Shown here in pieces: positions 1-12,580 of a stretch of 64,000 nucleotides of DNA. The notes under the pieces are model-generated. The model made no database searches, was not told the DNA's origin, and saw only the letters and a list, made by a program, of their open reading frames with translations. The stretch lies in assembly GCF_009914755.1 (NCBI RefSeq), contig NC_060935.1. One strand, written 5' to 3'. The translations under genes were made by a program, and so were the position numbers. Origin of the DNA: the human T2T-CHM13v2.0 reference genome, Homo sapiens. Numbering within the stretch: the first letter of the stretch is position 1; every line of letters starts with the position of its first letter.

Positions 1-429
1 GATTCAAAAATAGGTGAAAAGAGGGAATAACTCTCTCTTTGGGAAGGAGGGTTCAGGAAAGGCTTTCTAGGAGAGGAGATAGATTGGAGGTGTTTAAAGG
101 TTGAGGAGATGTCCACCACATTAGGTGATTAGAGCTTTATTTATTGAAGCACTCTAATCAGAGAGACCAGCATGCACAGACATGAAATATCACAGCATAT
201 TTGAGAATTGCCTGTACCCTCCACAGCTGTAGGCCAGGGTCAGCATTCTTTATCTTTGTAGCCTACTGGCCTCCAACCACTGTGTCAGGTCCCCAAGGGG
301 TATCTGCAGAAACGCGGATAAAGACGCATCGTTTATTTCGATCAGAGCTTTGACCACAAATCCTCATCTGATCCCACAGCCTGAAAAGCTGAGCTGGGAT
401 GTGTGCATGTCATGTGGACTCTCTTATAA

Positions 430-2660
430 AAGTTTAATTTTTATTTATCAAAGAATATATATAGATAGTTTGGAAATCAACAGTGGCCTCGCCTCACCTC
501 TCCACGCTCCCAAGTCCTGCCCCAAGGCAGTTACCATCAACTCCTACATCTCATTTCTTTTTTGTGTATATCGCTGTGTTTCTAAATAATATGCTTATAT
601 TGTTACTACTTAATTGACCAATTTTAGGAATTATGTATTGATTTACTGCCATGTAGAGAGCTTAATTCTCTCATGGTGTTGTCTCCCAACTCCATCCTTG
701 TTCTTCCCCTCCTCCTATCTCTTCAACATAAACTTACTCTTTAGTTCAATCACTATTTGATGTTTCTATGCTAATGACTATGCAAATATAATTTGCTACC
801 AAGTCAAGTAGTACAATGTGACCTTGTGTCCTTTTTCATACAATCCATTGTTTTTCCTGGAATTTACTTTCTATGCATTCAGGCTCATCTGTTTTACTTT
901 TTCCCCATATAGTAATCCCTCCAAGAATCTTGTGTTTTTCTGTTTCAACCTGGATTAGCTGCTTTATAGGAATGCTGTTTAACTGTCATCCAGAGGCTTC
1001 AATTTACCATAATTTTGAATTTTTCCTTTATTGTCTTCCTGTGGTAAATACCCTATTTCCTGAATTCCATGTATTCTATGTTGCCCTATAGTCTAACTTT
1101 ATTAAACCCCATCCTCCAATAACTTCCTAAGATAGGGTGCCTAGGAGGTCATTTTCTTGAGTCATTAAATATCTGAAAATATCTCTAGACTACTGTGATA
1201 TGTGACTGATAATTTATTTGGGTATCGAATTTTAGATTAAAGAACAGTTTCTTTCAGAATGTAAAAGGCATTTCTGTGATATCTTTTAACATCTGAGGTT
1301 GCTCTTTTTAAAAGTTTAATTTTTTTTTTTTTTTTGAGACGGAGTCTCGCTCTGTTGCCCAGGCTGGAGTGCAGTGGCGCGATCTCGGCTCACTGCAAGC
1401 TTTGCCTCCGGGTTCACACCATTCTTTTGCCTCAGCCTCCCGAATAGCTGGGACTACAGGCGCCCGCCACCACGCCCGGCTAATTTTTTGTATTTTTTAG
1501 TAGAGACGGAGTTTCACCATGTTAGCCAGGATGGTCTCGATCTCCTGACCTCATAATCCGCCTGCCTCGGCCTCCCAAAGTGCTGGGATTACAGGCGTAA
1601 GCCACAGCGCCCGGCCAAAAGTTTGATGTTTTTATGCTCGTTTCTTTTACCTGTGTTTTAGGACTTTTAAAATGTTTTATGTTCTAAAATGTCATGATAA
1701 TGAAGGTGGTGGGCATTGGTATATGTCTTTTCTATTCTTTGTGCTGGGCTCATTAGGAGACTAATGTCTTTTTTTCTCTCCTATTATCCATCTCTACCAT
1801 TTTGCTTCACTCTTTGAAAGATTTCTTCAACTTTATCTTCTAAACTTTATATTCAATTTTTGAAAAACTTTTAGTTATATTTTTAATTTCAAAGAGGCTT
1901 TTAAAATTAAAAATTTATCTTTTCATTGTAATCTCTTATTGTTTTATGAGTACATTTTTTCCTCTTTTTGAGAGTGTTTTTGAAGCATTACTGCTCTTTT
2001 GAAATTTTCTTTTATTCCTTGCAAGAGCTCTATTGCTCCATTCCTCCTCCTTTTTTTTTTTTTTCTGTTTTAGTTTCCCTTTTCCATGTTTGCAAATTTC
2101 TTTAAATATCTGGTGATCCTCTGTTTGTTCATATTTGAGAAAGAGGCACTAAAAGTTGATTTGGGGAGCTTGGGATGTAACTGGGCAGTTTGTTGACCAG
2201 TGGGCTTCCTACAGGTTATTGGGTCACAAGCCAACCTTTTTATTGAGGTGCCTTCGATACCAGTAACTGCAGTTCCCTCTGGGGCTCTTCAACCCTTGCA
2301 ATCTACTGGCTAAGGTTGGTGGTATTGGGGAGTTGCTAGCAAGGCCGGGAAAAGGACAGAAGGGCACACAGTTGAGCATGCAGACCGCTCCCTAATTCTT
2401 TTCACTTTCCACCATACTTGGTGTTCCCAAATCCAGTATTGTTCTTATTCAGTTTTTTCAAAGAAAAAAGTTCATTTTCTGGAGACAGAGGAGACTGGCT
2501 GAGTGTCTGTGTGGGGTGCGTGGAGCCCTTTTTTAAAAACCGGCTTCCCACCATCGTCTGCTGTCCAGCCAGGAGCCTGACCCCAGGCCACTGAGCTTGG
2601 TGCCTCAGAGGGCTCCACTACTCAGGGTTCTGCAGAGTCGCTCAGCCCCATCACAGGCTC
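430..2660 (-). mobile_element. Old, decayed LINE-1-family fragment(s) (L1ME/HAL1-like), interrupted by an AluY
   Basis: Long T-rich stretch with L1-like antisense motifs (e.g. gataatttatttgggtatcgaattttag...tttctttcagaat); subfamily and ends approximate. Confidence 0.55.
1320..1616 (-). mobile_element. AluY, full length
   Basis: Poly-T then gagacggagtctcgctct...cgcccggcc; Y diagnostics (gcaagct, cgcccgccacc, ttagccaggatggtctcgatctcc); near-identical TSD aaaagttt(a/g)at on both sides. Confidence 0.95.
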
Positions 2661-3514
2661 TGGGCTTGTGACTTCTCTCTGTGGAGCCAGTTACCATTCT
2701 TCCTTCTTTGTTTTTTTCAGAAAAACAATGGTGGAACTCTCTCGTCCACTGTTTTTATGTTTATTCTTTCCTCTCCCATTCCTGTTGCCCTTGGTTATTA
2801 CCTTTGCTGTTTCCAGAGGCTGAGCTGGTAATTCACAGGCTTCTCTGGGATGATAGCCACAATGCCGGAGAAGAAGGTGGGGGGTGACCAGCGCCATTCT
2901 GCGTGTCACAGCACTCTGGGCACTCCTCAGTCCCCCTGGCAGGCTCCTCTTCTTTGAGTTGTCCCTTCGGTATTGGTGTTCCTCAGGCTCCTGCCCCATA
3001 TGGACCCTTGCACCTTTTGTATGAGCTGAAGCCTGGGGCAGGCCCAAGGTCTGCTCCCTGGCCCCTTTCTCTGAGCACATGTCCTGTTGTTGGCTCCTGA
3101 ATTAGACAGGAGGAGGCAGAGAAGACAGAGAAGGCAAAGCTGGATGGCACCAACTGCTCAAGGACTCGGGGCCTCACCTCCTTCGGGCCCCACCTGGTGC
3201 TTGTCTGGCTTTTGGTTTCCATGACCCCAAACAGGAGGCGCTTCCAGTTTGCCCCAGTTACACCAGCCTCCTGAGAGGGCAGAGAGGTAGAGAATGCCCC
3301 TTTTCCTGGTCCAGTTCTGTTCACTGATTCCAAAATTAATCAGACACTGCTCTTGGTGTTGAAATCATACTTGTGAGCAAAGCAGACTGGATCTTACCTT
3401 CATGGAAGTTATAATCTAGTTTCAGAAAAGATAACAATAACAATAAAACAAAAACACTCTACTCCATTGTACAGTGGCCCCATTGGGGTCACTCTGCCAT
3501 CTGTGTGTCCAGGT

Positions 3515-3817
3515 GTTTTTTATTTTTATTTATTTATTTATTTTTGAGACAGGGTGTTGTCTTATCTCCCAGGCTGGAGTACAGTAGTGTGATCATAGTT
3601 CACTGCAGCCTCAGCCTCACAAGCTCAAGTGTTCCTCCTGTCTCAGCCTCTCAAGTAGCTGGGACTACAGGTGCACACCAACATGTTTCGTTAATTAAAA
3701 AAAAATTTTTTTTGGTAGAGATGGGGCCTTGCTAAGTTGCCCAGGCTGCTCTTGAACTCCTGGCCTCAAGCAATCCTAAAGTCCTGGGATTATAGGCATA
3801 AACCACTGCTCCTGGCC
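3515..3817 (-). mobile_element. AluJ
   Basis: (TTTA)n tail, gatcatagttcactgcagcctc, cttgaactcctggcctcaagcaatcc; diverged, small internal deletion. Confidence 0.9.
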
Positions 3818-4234
3818 CCATGTGGTTCTTATCCGATTCTTGAGCTCCTATTTCCTAAGACAGGAATGGGAGGATTAGGGGAAGTCATGGAGGAAGCAGG
3901 GAGCTTTTGAGTAGGTGATCAGAACACACAACACTGTTTCATGCCTCCATGCCATTTCCACCTAGACGGACATTCCAGACGAGATCGGGTGCGTTCAGAG
4001 TGGGATGGCTGTAGACTGGACGTTTTGTTCCTTGTCATTTTGGCAAATTCCATTTATTCCTCGAAACTTCCATAATCCCTTCCTGTGCAGTCTTCCCTAA
4101 CCCCCTTCCCTCTCAGCATTAACCCCACGCTCTTCTGTACTCCTTCCTTACTTTGTATAATCAACTGCTCCCTGAGGTAGGCCCTGCTTCAGGTGCTGAA
4201 GGTACCCCTTGAGCAGTATGTGGAGAACAAGCCA

Positions 4235-4432
4235 GAACTTTGGGGCCACACCCGTTCAGGTTGAGTCCCAGCTCCACTACATGCTAGCTTTGGCCACAAG
4301 CAAATGAATTAATCTCTCTGAGCCTCAATCTTCTCATCTGTGGAATAAGAATAGTGGAACCTATGAACTGCTTTGGCGGTGAAGTGACTGCAAAGCGCCC
4401 AGTGACAGCACATAATTGGCACTCGAATGTTG
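4235..4432 (+). mobile_element. MIR SINE
   Basis: MIR core tctctgagcctcaatcttctcatctgtggaat. Confidence 0.75.
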
Positions 4433-4579
4433 GTTCCCTTTCTTTTCTCCCTTTAAGGAGTTCCCAGTCTGATGAGGGGAGAAAAGTAAACAAGCCAATA
4501 AATACAAGCATTTGTCATAGATGCTAAAGGTGATAAAGAAACGTGAAATAAGCAATCCTGAATTACAAGCATGGATTTA

Positions 4580-4720
4580 TGAGTCTGCTGCACTAGACCA
4601 TGAGAGCCTCAAGAGCAGGGCCACATGATTCTGTTCTTTTCAGCCCTGTGCCCCTAGCACCTGGCGCAGCCTCTGGCACATAGTAGCTGCTCACTAAATG
4701 TCTGAGAAAATGAAATGGGA
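4580..4720 (+). mobile_element. L2 3' end fragment
   Basis: actagaccatgagagcctc...cctagcac...tggcacatagtagctgctcactaaatg matches the L2 terminus pattern. Confidence 0.7.
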
Positions 4721-5726
4721 ATGGCTCCTGTTTTACCTGATCACAGTCTGATGGCCAGAGCCTGCCCAGCTGTTCCTACTTCAGAGAAGGGAAAAGTATA
4801 ATTTATCAGCCAGCTGAGATGAGAATCTTCACTCCTCACTAGAGGCAAATTTTTCCAAACATTCTCACAGTCTGGGACATGAGCACTGCCCCACACCTCT
4901 TGTATTGTGGGAATGAGGTACCAGAGATGAGGGGTGACTCGATTCATCCACTGTCCTCTTGTGAGACCAGCCTTTCTCGGTCTCTCTGAGCACCCAGACA
5001 TGCAGACCTCCACCAGCTTATCTATCCTATTCAAATGAGTCTGTCTCCCAAGAACCAAACATTTTTTCTCCCTGGCCCTGGCTTGAAATGAAACAACTTA
5101 GCCCATAGACAGTTTTATGGTCCCTTGCCCTCCATTCCTCTTGTCGAGCTGCGCTGGTGAAAGCCCAGCCCAGGCTATGATTTATACAGCTCTCCCAGGC
5201 CCCTGTTGGATTCGGAGTCTGGAACAATAAGACAGGGCTATCCATCACCCCTCTGCTCATGTCTCTCTGGACTCATTGGGAAGCAAGGAGGGGTTGGTGG
5301 CAGAGAAGACAGCCTCAGGGGTCCTGCCCAGAGAGCATTTGTCACATTGATGGAATGCACGGGGCGGGGGTGTGGTGGGGACAGTGGAGGCTTTTTATTT
5401 CACCCTAAGCCTGCCCTGTGACAGCCAGGATGGAGTGAGCCTGGGACAGGGGTGAGAATACACCTGGGGGTGGGGGTTGGTGCAGGAAGAGAATTAGAGC
5501 TCAAAGGCTGATCCTGACTAAGGATGCTGCCCTCACGCCTGCTCCAGCTCAGAATGCAGCAACTGCATGGGTCAAGACCAGCTTCCCCACCCTCCCTGTG
5601 CAGCACAGTCCCCAGTGTCAGCAGGCATGCCACACAGATAGGTGTTCACTCACTGACTACATCCCCTTTCCCCCTTAATCTCTCACCTGGCCTCGGGATC
5701 AAAGCCATTCAGAGAAGTCCTTACAC

Positions 5727-6800
5727 ACTGTGTGACTGTGTGCTTGTGTGTCCCTGTGACTGTGTACCTGTGTGACTCTGTGACTGTGTGGTTGTATGAT
5801 AATGTGTCAGTGTTTCCATGTGACTTTGTGACTGTGTGTCTGTGTGACTTTGTTACTATGTGACTGTATGTTAGTGTTTCTGTGTGACCTTATGACTGTG
5901 TGTGTGATGACGTGTCAGTGTTTTCGTGTAACCTTGTGACTGTGTGACTGTGTCTGTGTTCTGTGTGAATGTGTGTCAGTGTGACTGTGTGTCTGTGTGA
6001 CCGTGTGACCATGTATCAGCGTCTCCACGTGACCTCGTGATTGTGTAGTGCTTCTGTATGGCTGTGTGTTTGTGTGACTATGTGTCTGTTTCTATGTGAC
6101 CATGTGTCAGTGTGACTGTGTGTCTATGTGATTGTGTGACCATGTGATCATGTATCAGTGTTTCCATATGAACTTGTGACTGTTTCTGTGTGACTGTGTC
6201 AGTGTGACTGTGTCTGTGTTTCTGTGTGACTGTGTTAGTATGATTGTGTGACTGCATGCCAATGTGGCTGTGTATCTATGTGACCATGTATCAACGTCTC
6301 CATGTCACCTTGTCACTGTGTAATGTTTCTGTGTGACAGGGTGTTTGTGAGACTATGTATCTGTGTTTCTATGTGACCATGTGTCCGTGTGACTGTAGGT
6401 CTATGTGATTTTGTGACTGTGTGATCATGTCAGTGTTTCCATGTGAACTTGTGGCTATGTTTCTGTGTGATTGTGTGTGTGACTGTGTCTGTGTGTCAGT
6501 GTGAACAGTCAGTGTGACTGTATTTCTATGTGATTGTATGACTGTGTGACCATGTGTCAGTGTCTCCAAGTGACCTCGTGACTGTGACTGTTTCTGTGTG
6601 ACTGTTTGTGTGACTATGTGTCTGTTTCTGCATGACCATGTGTCATTGTGACTGTGTGTCTGTGTGATTGTGTGACTGTGTGACCATGTGTCAGTGTTTC
6701 CATGTGAACTTGTGACTGTTTCTGTGTGAACACGTGTCAGTGTGACTGTGTGTCTCTGTCCTACCTGTCCGTATGTGATGAGTGCATGCCATGCGTGTGT
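5727..6800. repeat. Degenerate TGTGAC/TGTGTC-rich minisatellite array (~1.07 kb)
   Basis: Dozens of tgtgac/tgtgtc/gtgtcag units, with an internal ~270-bp higher-order period (see findings). Confidence 0.9.
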
Positions 6801-7700
6801 TTGCAGCTGCACACAGGTCCACAGGAGTCCAAGCAATAAGTAAGACCTTTCTGAGAGTCAGGGGGTTTACATTCTTGAGTGGGTGACCCAAGGGAAGCCA
6901 TGACTTTGGCTTCTGTGAATAATTCAATGCTCTAAGCCTGGGGCTGAAGAGATGCCACGCAGCCAGGAGGAAAGGAACTGGGACCCTGTACATGGTCTTC
7001 TGTGCTTTCTGACCTTGCTCACACAAGGCAGAGAGGAGGTTGATATGTGGAGATTGTAAACAACTTGAAATTGCCATTCTTTCTAGGAGTCCCCACCCTT
7101 TGGGTTGGGGAGCCCCTCCCAGGAAAAAAAATTGTGGTGGGGATGGGGCCCAGAGCTGTGAGAACAGCGAGTCCCTGTACCCCCACCTGTGCAGAGGGAA
7201 GGCTGCGATGCATTGTCTGCCACTCTGGCAGGGTGCACATACCCTGGAGACAGCATTTTGGTTGTCGGGAAATTAGAGGCTTTGTTCAAAGCCAAGAAAA
7301 AAAAAATTGATGCCCAAATCCAGGAGCTGAAGAAAAGAGAATTCCAGGGCTGTGGTGCGGTTGTGTCTTTGTTGTGTCTTTTTCTTTTAGTGCTGCTGAA
7401 GCAATAACATGTAATGACCTGAGCGTCACTGCCTTTCTGCTGCCAGCTGCCTCCAGCGCCTGGGAAGTTGGCTGACCTGAGGAGAAGCCAAGGGTGGCTA
7501 ATGAGTCATTAAGAGTCTTTATCAAATTAGGATTATAATCCATCTCAACATGCAGAGGAAAATGTTTCAAATTATCTACTTTCTTAATTGCAACTCAAAG
7601 ATTTGGCAGGAAATTATCATGAGAGATAATGTCTGGAAATTGATGGATTGTGCTGATGTGTGTCTAAGCTTCCCTAACTCTAATAGCTGGAGAATTTATC

Positions 7701-7728
<28 letters not shown>
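7701..7728. repeat. (CA)14 microsatellite
   Basis: Read directly. Confidence 0.95.
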
Positions 7729-7731
<3 letters not shown>

Positions 7732-9675
7732 ACATATGCTTACACTGACACTTTGTATACACAAACACCCCTGCTATCCGTACTGGTTCAAGTTACTACC
7801 CAGGCAGACACACACACACTCATGCACACACAGATTATGTCTGCATAGAAGGTCAAGAAATTTGCATTTATTAGTAATTTGAATAGGCTGAGATTGTTAC
7901 CAGATGCTGAGAGACTGAGAGATTGGGAAGGAGAAGGTAGGATATAAAAGAAACACTAAATCCTTGCCTTCATGAAGTTCAAAAGCTGCTTGAACTAATG
8001 TATACGTACTCGAAATTTAAGAACACATACAAAGGATCATACAAATGTATACTACTATGATGGGAATGTGAACACATAAGCTCTGGGGATACAAGACATA
8101 GGTGTCCTGAATGAAGTAGTTTCTGGAGTGGATGAGTTTTGATTTGGGTGTGGACATTACTACTGGGTATTGTGAAAGTAGCCAATGGGAATAAAGGCAG
8201 AAAGAGACTTACTGAGTCTGTCAAAAGGACCACGCAGCCAAGCAGTGACACAACATATATGCAAAATCTCCGGAGACGGGTGAGGCTGGAAGACAAACCC
8301 TGATTTGTGTTGAGAATCCAAGTGGACTCTTACTTGACTGTTAAATCGGGAGAGATTTGAACACCCTTTCCATGTCCCTCCTACTAGGCCTCAGTTTCTC
8401 TGCTGTAAAATATGGGTGTGATCTGAAGGCAGAATTAGGCTTTTCCACATCTCTCATGGCCCCTGAAAACCTTAAAGATTTCTGGGAGTTCAGGGATTCT
8501 GATTTATTCGTCTTCATAGCCGAGTGCCTTCTATGTGCCTGGACAGCCTAGATGCTGAATGGGAACCAATGAGCTGGTAAGTTTCTTAGAGGCTATCAGT
8601 GTATGCATGCTGAATGAGTGAATCAGTGAATAAATGAATGGATGAGGGGGGCAAGGGAGTGAACGTTTATGCTTTATGAAGGAGCAATTCAGAATGGTGG
8701 TTTGGAGTGTGGGTTCTGATGGCAGCCTGTCTGAGTTCACACCTGGCGACAAGTTCCTTCACTTACCTAAGCCACATAGGGGTGCTGTGGAGATCTGATG
8801 AACAATGCATGTTCGGCACTCAGCATGGAGTCTGGCACCCAGCCAATAAGCAATACATATTAGCTATTATTATTGCTGTTGTTCCGTTTTGTTCTTCCTT
8901 GCTAAGTAAACCGTGGTCCCTATGCGAGGTAAGCTGGGGGTTTCTTGCTCCCTCATTTGGTCACTCTTCTTCACTGTCCCTTTCTAATGCAATAAGACGG
9001 GACCATCTTCTGCAGGGCATGTGGCCTTCACCCCTTCCCAGGGTTGTTGGTTGTTTCTCTGAGCCCTGCAGTCTGGCTGCCATGGGGCCCAGCTGCCAGA
9101 ATACAGTTGGGAGCCCAGCCATGCAAAATCCTTAGCTCAGGAGGGCTTAGAGTTTGGATGCAGCATCAAAGGCAGCAAATGCTGATAGGGTTCCTCCCTG
9201 GGTACAGGGAGAAGAGGGTCCACTGGGTGAGCAGAAGGATGCAGATGGTTCTGTGTGAGGTGGTGGTGATGCGAGTGATGAGAATGGAGATGGTGCTGAA
9301 GGAGAGGATGATGGCAGCGGGAGTGACAGTTCTGATGGCGAGGAGGCTACTGAAAAGGAGATAGGAGACAAGGGGCTCAGGGATGGATCCTTCAGTCCAA
9401 ATGGGAGAGGTGGTTTTTGTTTGGGGAGAATAATGCTTTCAAAACCCCATGTAACCCTGGGCAGGGGTTGTGGGCAGGGAGTTCTTAGCCACCTCTGCAG
9501 TCTGAGGGAGGCCCTGAATAGCCTAATGATCTCCTTTCATGCTGGTCCTCTGTGGGGTCGGCAGAAGCAGAAGAGATGGAAGAGCTGGAGAGCTGGAGTG
9601 ATACATAATAAATAATAAAGGTTTCAGCATCCAAACATAGCTTCTACCAGAACAAAAATGAAGCCTGGAAGGGAG

Positions 9676-9989
9676 GCTTCAATAAATGGAATGCAAGTCG
9701 CATAGTAATTTTAAATTTGCTAGTGGCCACACTGAAAAAGTAAAAAGAAACAGGTGAAGATATTTTTAATGACCTATTATATTTTTATTTAACTCCATGT
9801 ATCCACAATATTACTATTTTAATATGTAATACATATAAAATAATTATTAATGAAATGTTTCACATTCTTTTTTATAGATGAAATCTTCTAAATTTATTAC
9901 ACACACAGCCCATCACAGTTAGGACTAGCCACCTTTCAAGCGCTCAGGGCCTGCATGTGGCTAGTGGCTGCTGTAGTGGACAGCACAGG
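9676..9989. mobile_element. MER33 (hAT-Charlie MITE)
   Basis: taattttaaatttgctagtggccacactgaaaaagtaaaaagaaacaggtgaa...ggactagccacctttcaag...atgtggctagtggct...tggacagcacag follows the MER33 consensus. Confidence 0.85.
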
Positions 9990-10300
9990 TTTAAATCCTT
10001 CTTTCTCAAATTTTTTTGGCCAAACTTTTGGGATGGCATTTCCCAGAAATGGCTCTTTTTGGAAATCGTCATAACATTCTCTCTTCTCTTCCTAAATATA
10101 GTCTAAATATTCTCTCTTCCAATCTCTCTCTTTCTCAGTTCTTTCAAGCTGGCTGTGATCCTTCCCACCCCTTGCTAGAACCTAGAAAGAACTTTGAAAT
10201 TACTCAGAAATCTTCTTTTTCCTTTCCTGCCACCCACAGATCCTCTTATCTGGAGCTAAGGCCAGGACAGCTCCCACCTGAGAGCTGGTATCTGTGTGTC

Positions 10301-10303
<3 letters not shown>

Positions 10304-10340
<37 letters not shown>
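10304..10340. repeat. (TG)n microsatellite
   Basis: Read directly, about 18 units. Confidence 0.95.
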
Positions 10341-10342
<2 letters not shown>

Positions 10343-12197
10343 ACTTGGGGTGGGGTGGGGAGATGCTTGGGATAAGTAAGGGATGGGGAGGAGACAGTGC
10401 TTGAAGAAACTTCCCTAAAGTGCATCAGTACCATAAAGAAGATGGGTTTTTAAAAAGCTTTGGGGATTATATTGCTCCTATATTAGAGGAGCTGGTTAAA
10501 GGCATGACCCAATTAATTGCCTATCGTGTGCCCAGAGGACAGGCTTCATCCCCCTGCTTCAGAGGGTGGGAGTGGGATGAGGGAGCTGAGAGGCTTTCCC
10601 AGGGTCAAAAAAAAAAAAATCAGACATGGGCAAGGGGCCTGGACATCCCAGCTTTCAGCTCAGAGCAAAATCCTGGACCCGCACTCCCTTTTGGAGGATT
10701 TCTAGCATCTGAGTTTTTATACCTCTCAGGTCTCCCCTTGTCTGCCCACCCCTTTCTCCAAAGGATGTGCCCTTCCTGCATTATTTCATCAGGAACGGAG
10801 TCTTCCTCACTTGGCCCTGGCTCCCCCCACCACAGCCCCACCTGGATCCAGGGTCAGGAAGGAGGCCTTAGGTAGAGAGAAGCGTCCCCCTGCCCTCATT
10901 TCCTTGCTCCCATTATCCGTGTTGCAGCCCTCAGGGCCTGTGGCAGCTTTCTCTGTAAACAATATCTCCCTTCCTCAGGCCAATTAAATAAGCACTATAA
11001 TAAAGGCAAAGGCAAATGCAAAGCACTGGGCAGCCCTGTGTAAAGGGCTATTAAACCTAATGCTGCCATTCATTTATTGAAGAGCCTCCCATGTGCCAGG
11101 GACTGTGCTAAGCTCGTTAGATTTGTGATTTTATTTAATCCCCATGGTGTCATGAGTTGGATTCTATTATCATCCTCATTTCACAAACACAGAAACTGAG
11201 ACTTGGCACTCACCAGTAATGTCCCAGATAGCTGGCCATTTCATTACAGGGTGGAGAGCTGAGCCAGGGCCTGGCGATCCCAGAGCTGGTGTTCTCTTTT
11301 GGGGGATCCAAGGATCCTTTGAAGAGAGGTGATGTTTCCATGAAAGCTTATAAGCAGATAGGATTCAGAAGGTAGGAAAAGGGGGAATGAAAACCCGGGG
11401 CTGAAGGAAGAGTGTGAGCAAGTACAGGAAGGGCCCAGAATCCAGAATGTACTCTGGGGCCCATGAGCTGGAGCAGGAGTGCTGGGTAGAATGGAAGTGC
11501 CCAAACCTCACAACTGCAGTGACTTTTAAAATACGGGCTCCAAGGCCTTTCTCCAGACTGATTTCTCTAGGGGTGGAACCTGGAACCCTGAATTATAAAG
11601 AAGTTCCCCGGGGGTTGGGGTGGGGGTTCTGATGCAGCAGGAAGCACTGGAAATCACTAGAAGGTGGAGTTGGGGAGGCGTTGGCAGGAATGGAGCAGAT
11701 TAGCCTGAAAGGGGATCAGGGCCAGATGAGGACTAACATGAAGACCTTGCTAAGTAAGGAGTGTGGCATTCAAGGTCCTTCTTTTTATTATAAGGCCCAG
11801 TAACTTTTTAGGCTAAATCTTATAAGCAATGGAAAGCTACTGATGATTTTCAGGAGAAACCAAGGTGTGATCCAACCTTTGTTATAGGAAGAACATCCTT
11901 GTGCAAGTGTATAGGAGGGATTGGAGATACTGGAGGCATTGAGACCAGTTAAAAAATTATCAAAATATTCCAGGTGACTAGTGATAAGTCTGTCAACTAG
12001 GACTGGAACAATGATGTTTCATTCAGTTCAATCCAACAAGCATTTCTTTAATATGTTTTCTGGATTGGGCACTGGACCAGGTTTTAGGGATCCTAAGATG
12101 AAATAAGATATTGTCCCCATCCTCAGGGAACTCGCAATCTATCAATATTCATTAAAAATAATTAAGTTGAGAGTGAAGGGAACTGTAGTTGGGTGGT

Positions 12198-12580
12198 ATT
12201 ATGGACTAAATTGTGTCCGCCACCCCAATTAATATGTTGACACCCTAACCCCCAATGTGACCGTATATGAAGACAGGGCCTTTAGGGGGGTTAAGCGAGG
12301 TCATAAGGTTAGGCCGCAATCCAACAGGACTGTCCTTATAAGACGAGGGAGAGACCACCAGAGCTGTCTCTCTGCCTGTGTACACAGAGGAGAGGCCACG
12401 CGAGGGCACAGTGAGAAGGTGCCATCTACAAGCCAGGAGGAGAAGCCTCTCCAGAAACCAACTCTGCTGGCACGTTGATCTTGAACTTCCAGCCTCCACA
12501 ACTGTAAGAAAATCAATGTCTCATGTTGAATCCATCCAGTGTGTGGCATTTTGTTGTGGCAGCTTGAGCAAACTAATACA
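12198..12580 (+). mobile_element. MLT1A/B-type solo LTR (ERVL-MaLR)
   Basis: tatggactaaattgtgtcc...ccctaacccccaatgtgac...gccatctacaagcca...ttccagcctcc...ttgttgtggcagc...aaactaataca. Confidence 0.85.

Noticed and set aside
1374-1556. Alu-derived ORFs (also 33875, 40652, 53850)
   Set aside because: Typical Alu translations
5727-6800. CRISPR-like repeat/spacer appearance
   Set aside because: Human DNA; no constant repeat with unique spacers and no cas genes
6369-6836. 155-aa His/Thr-rich minus-strand ORF
   Set aside because: Translation of the TGTGAC minisatellite
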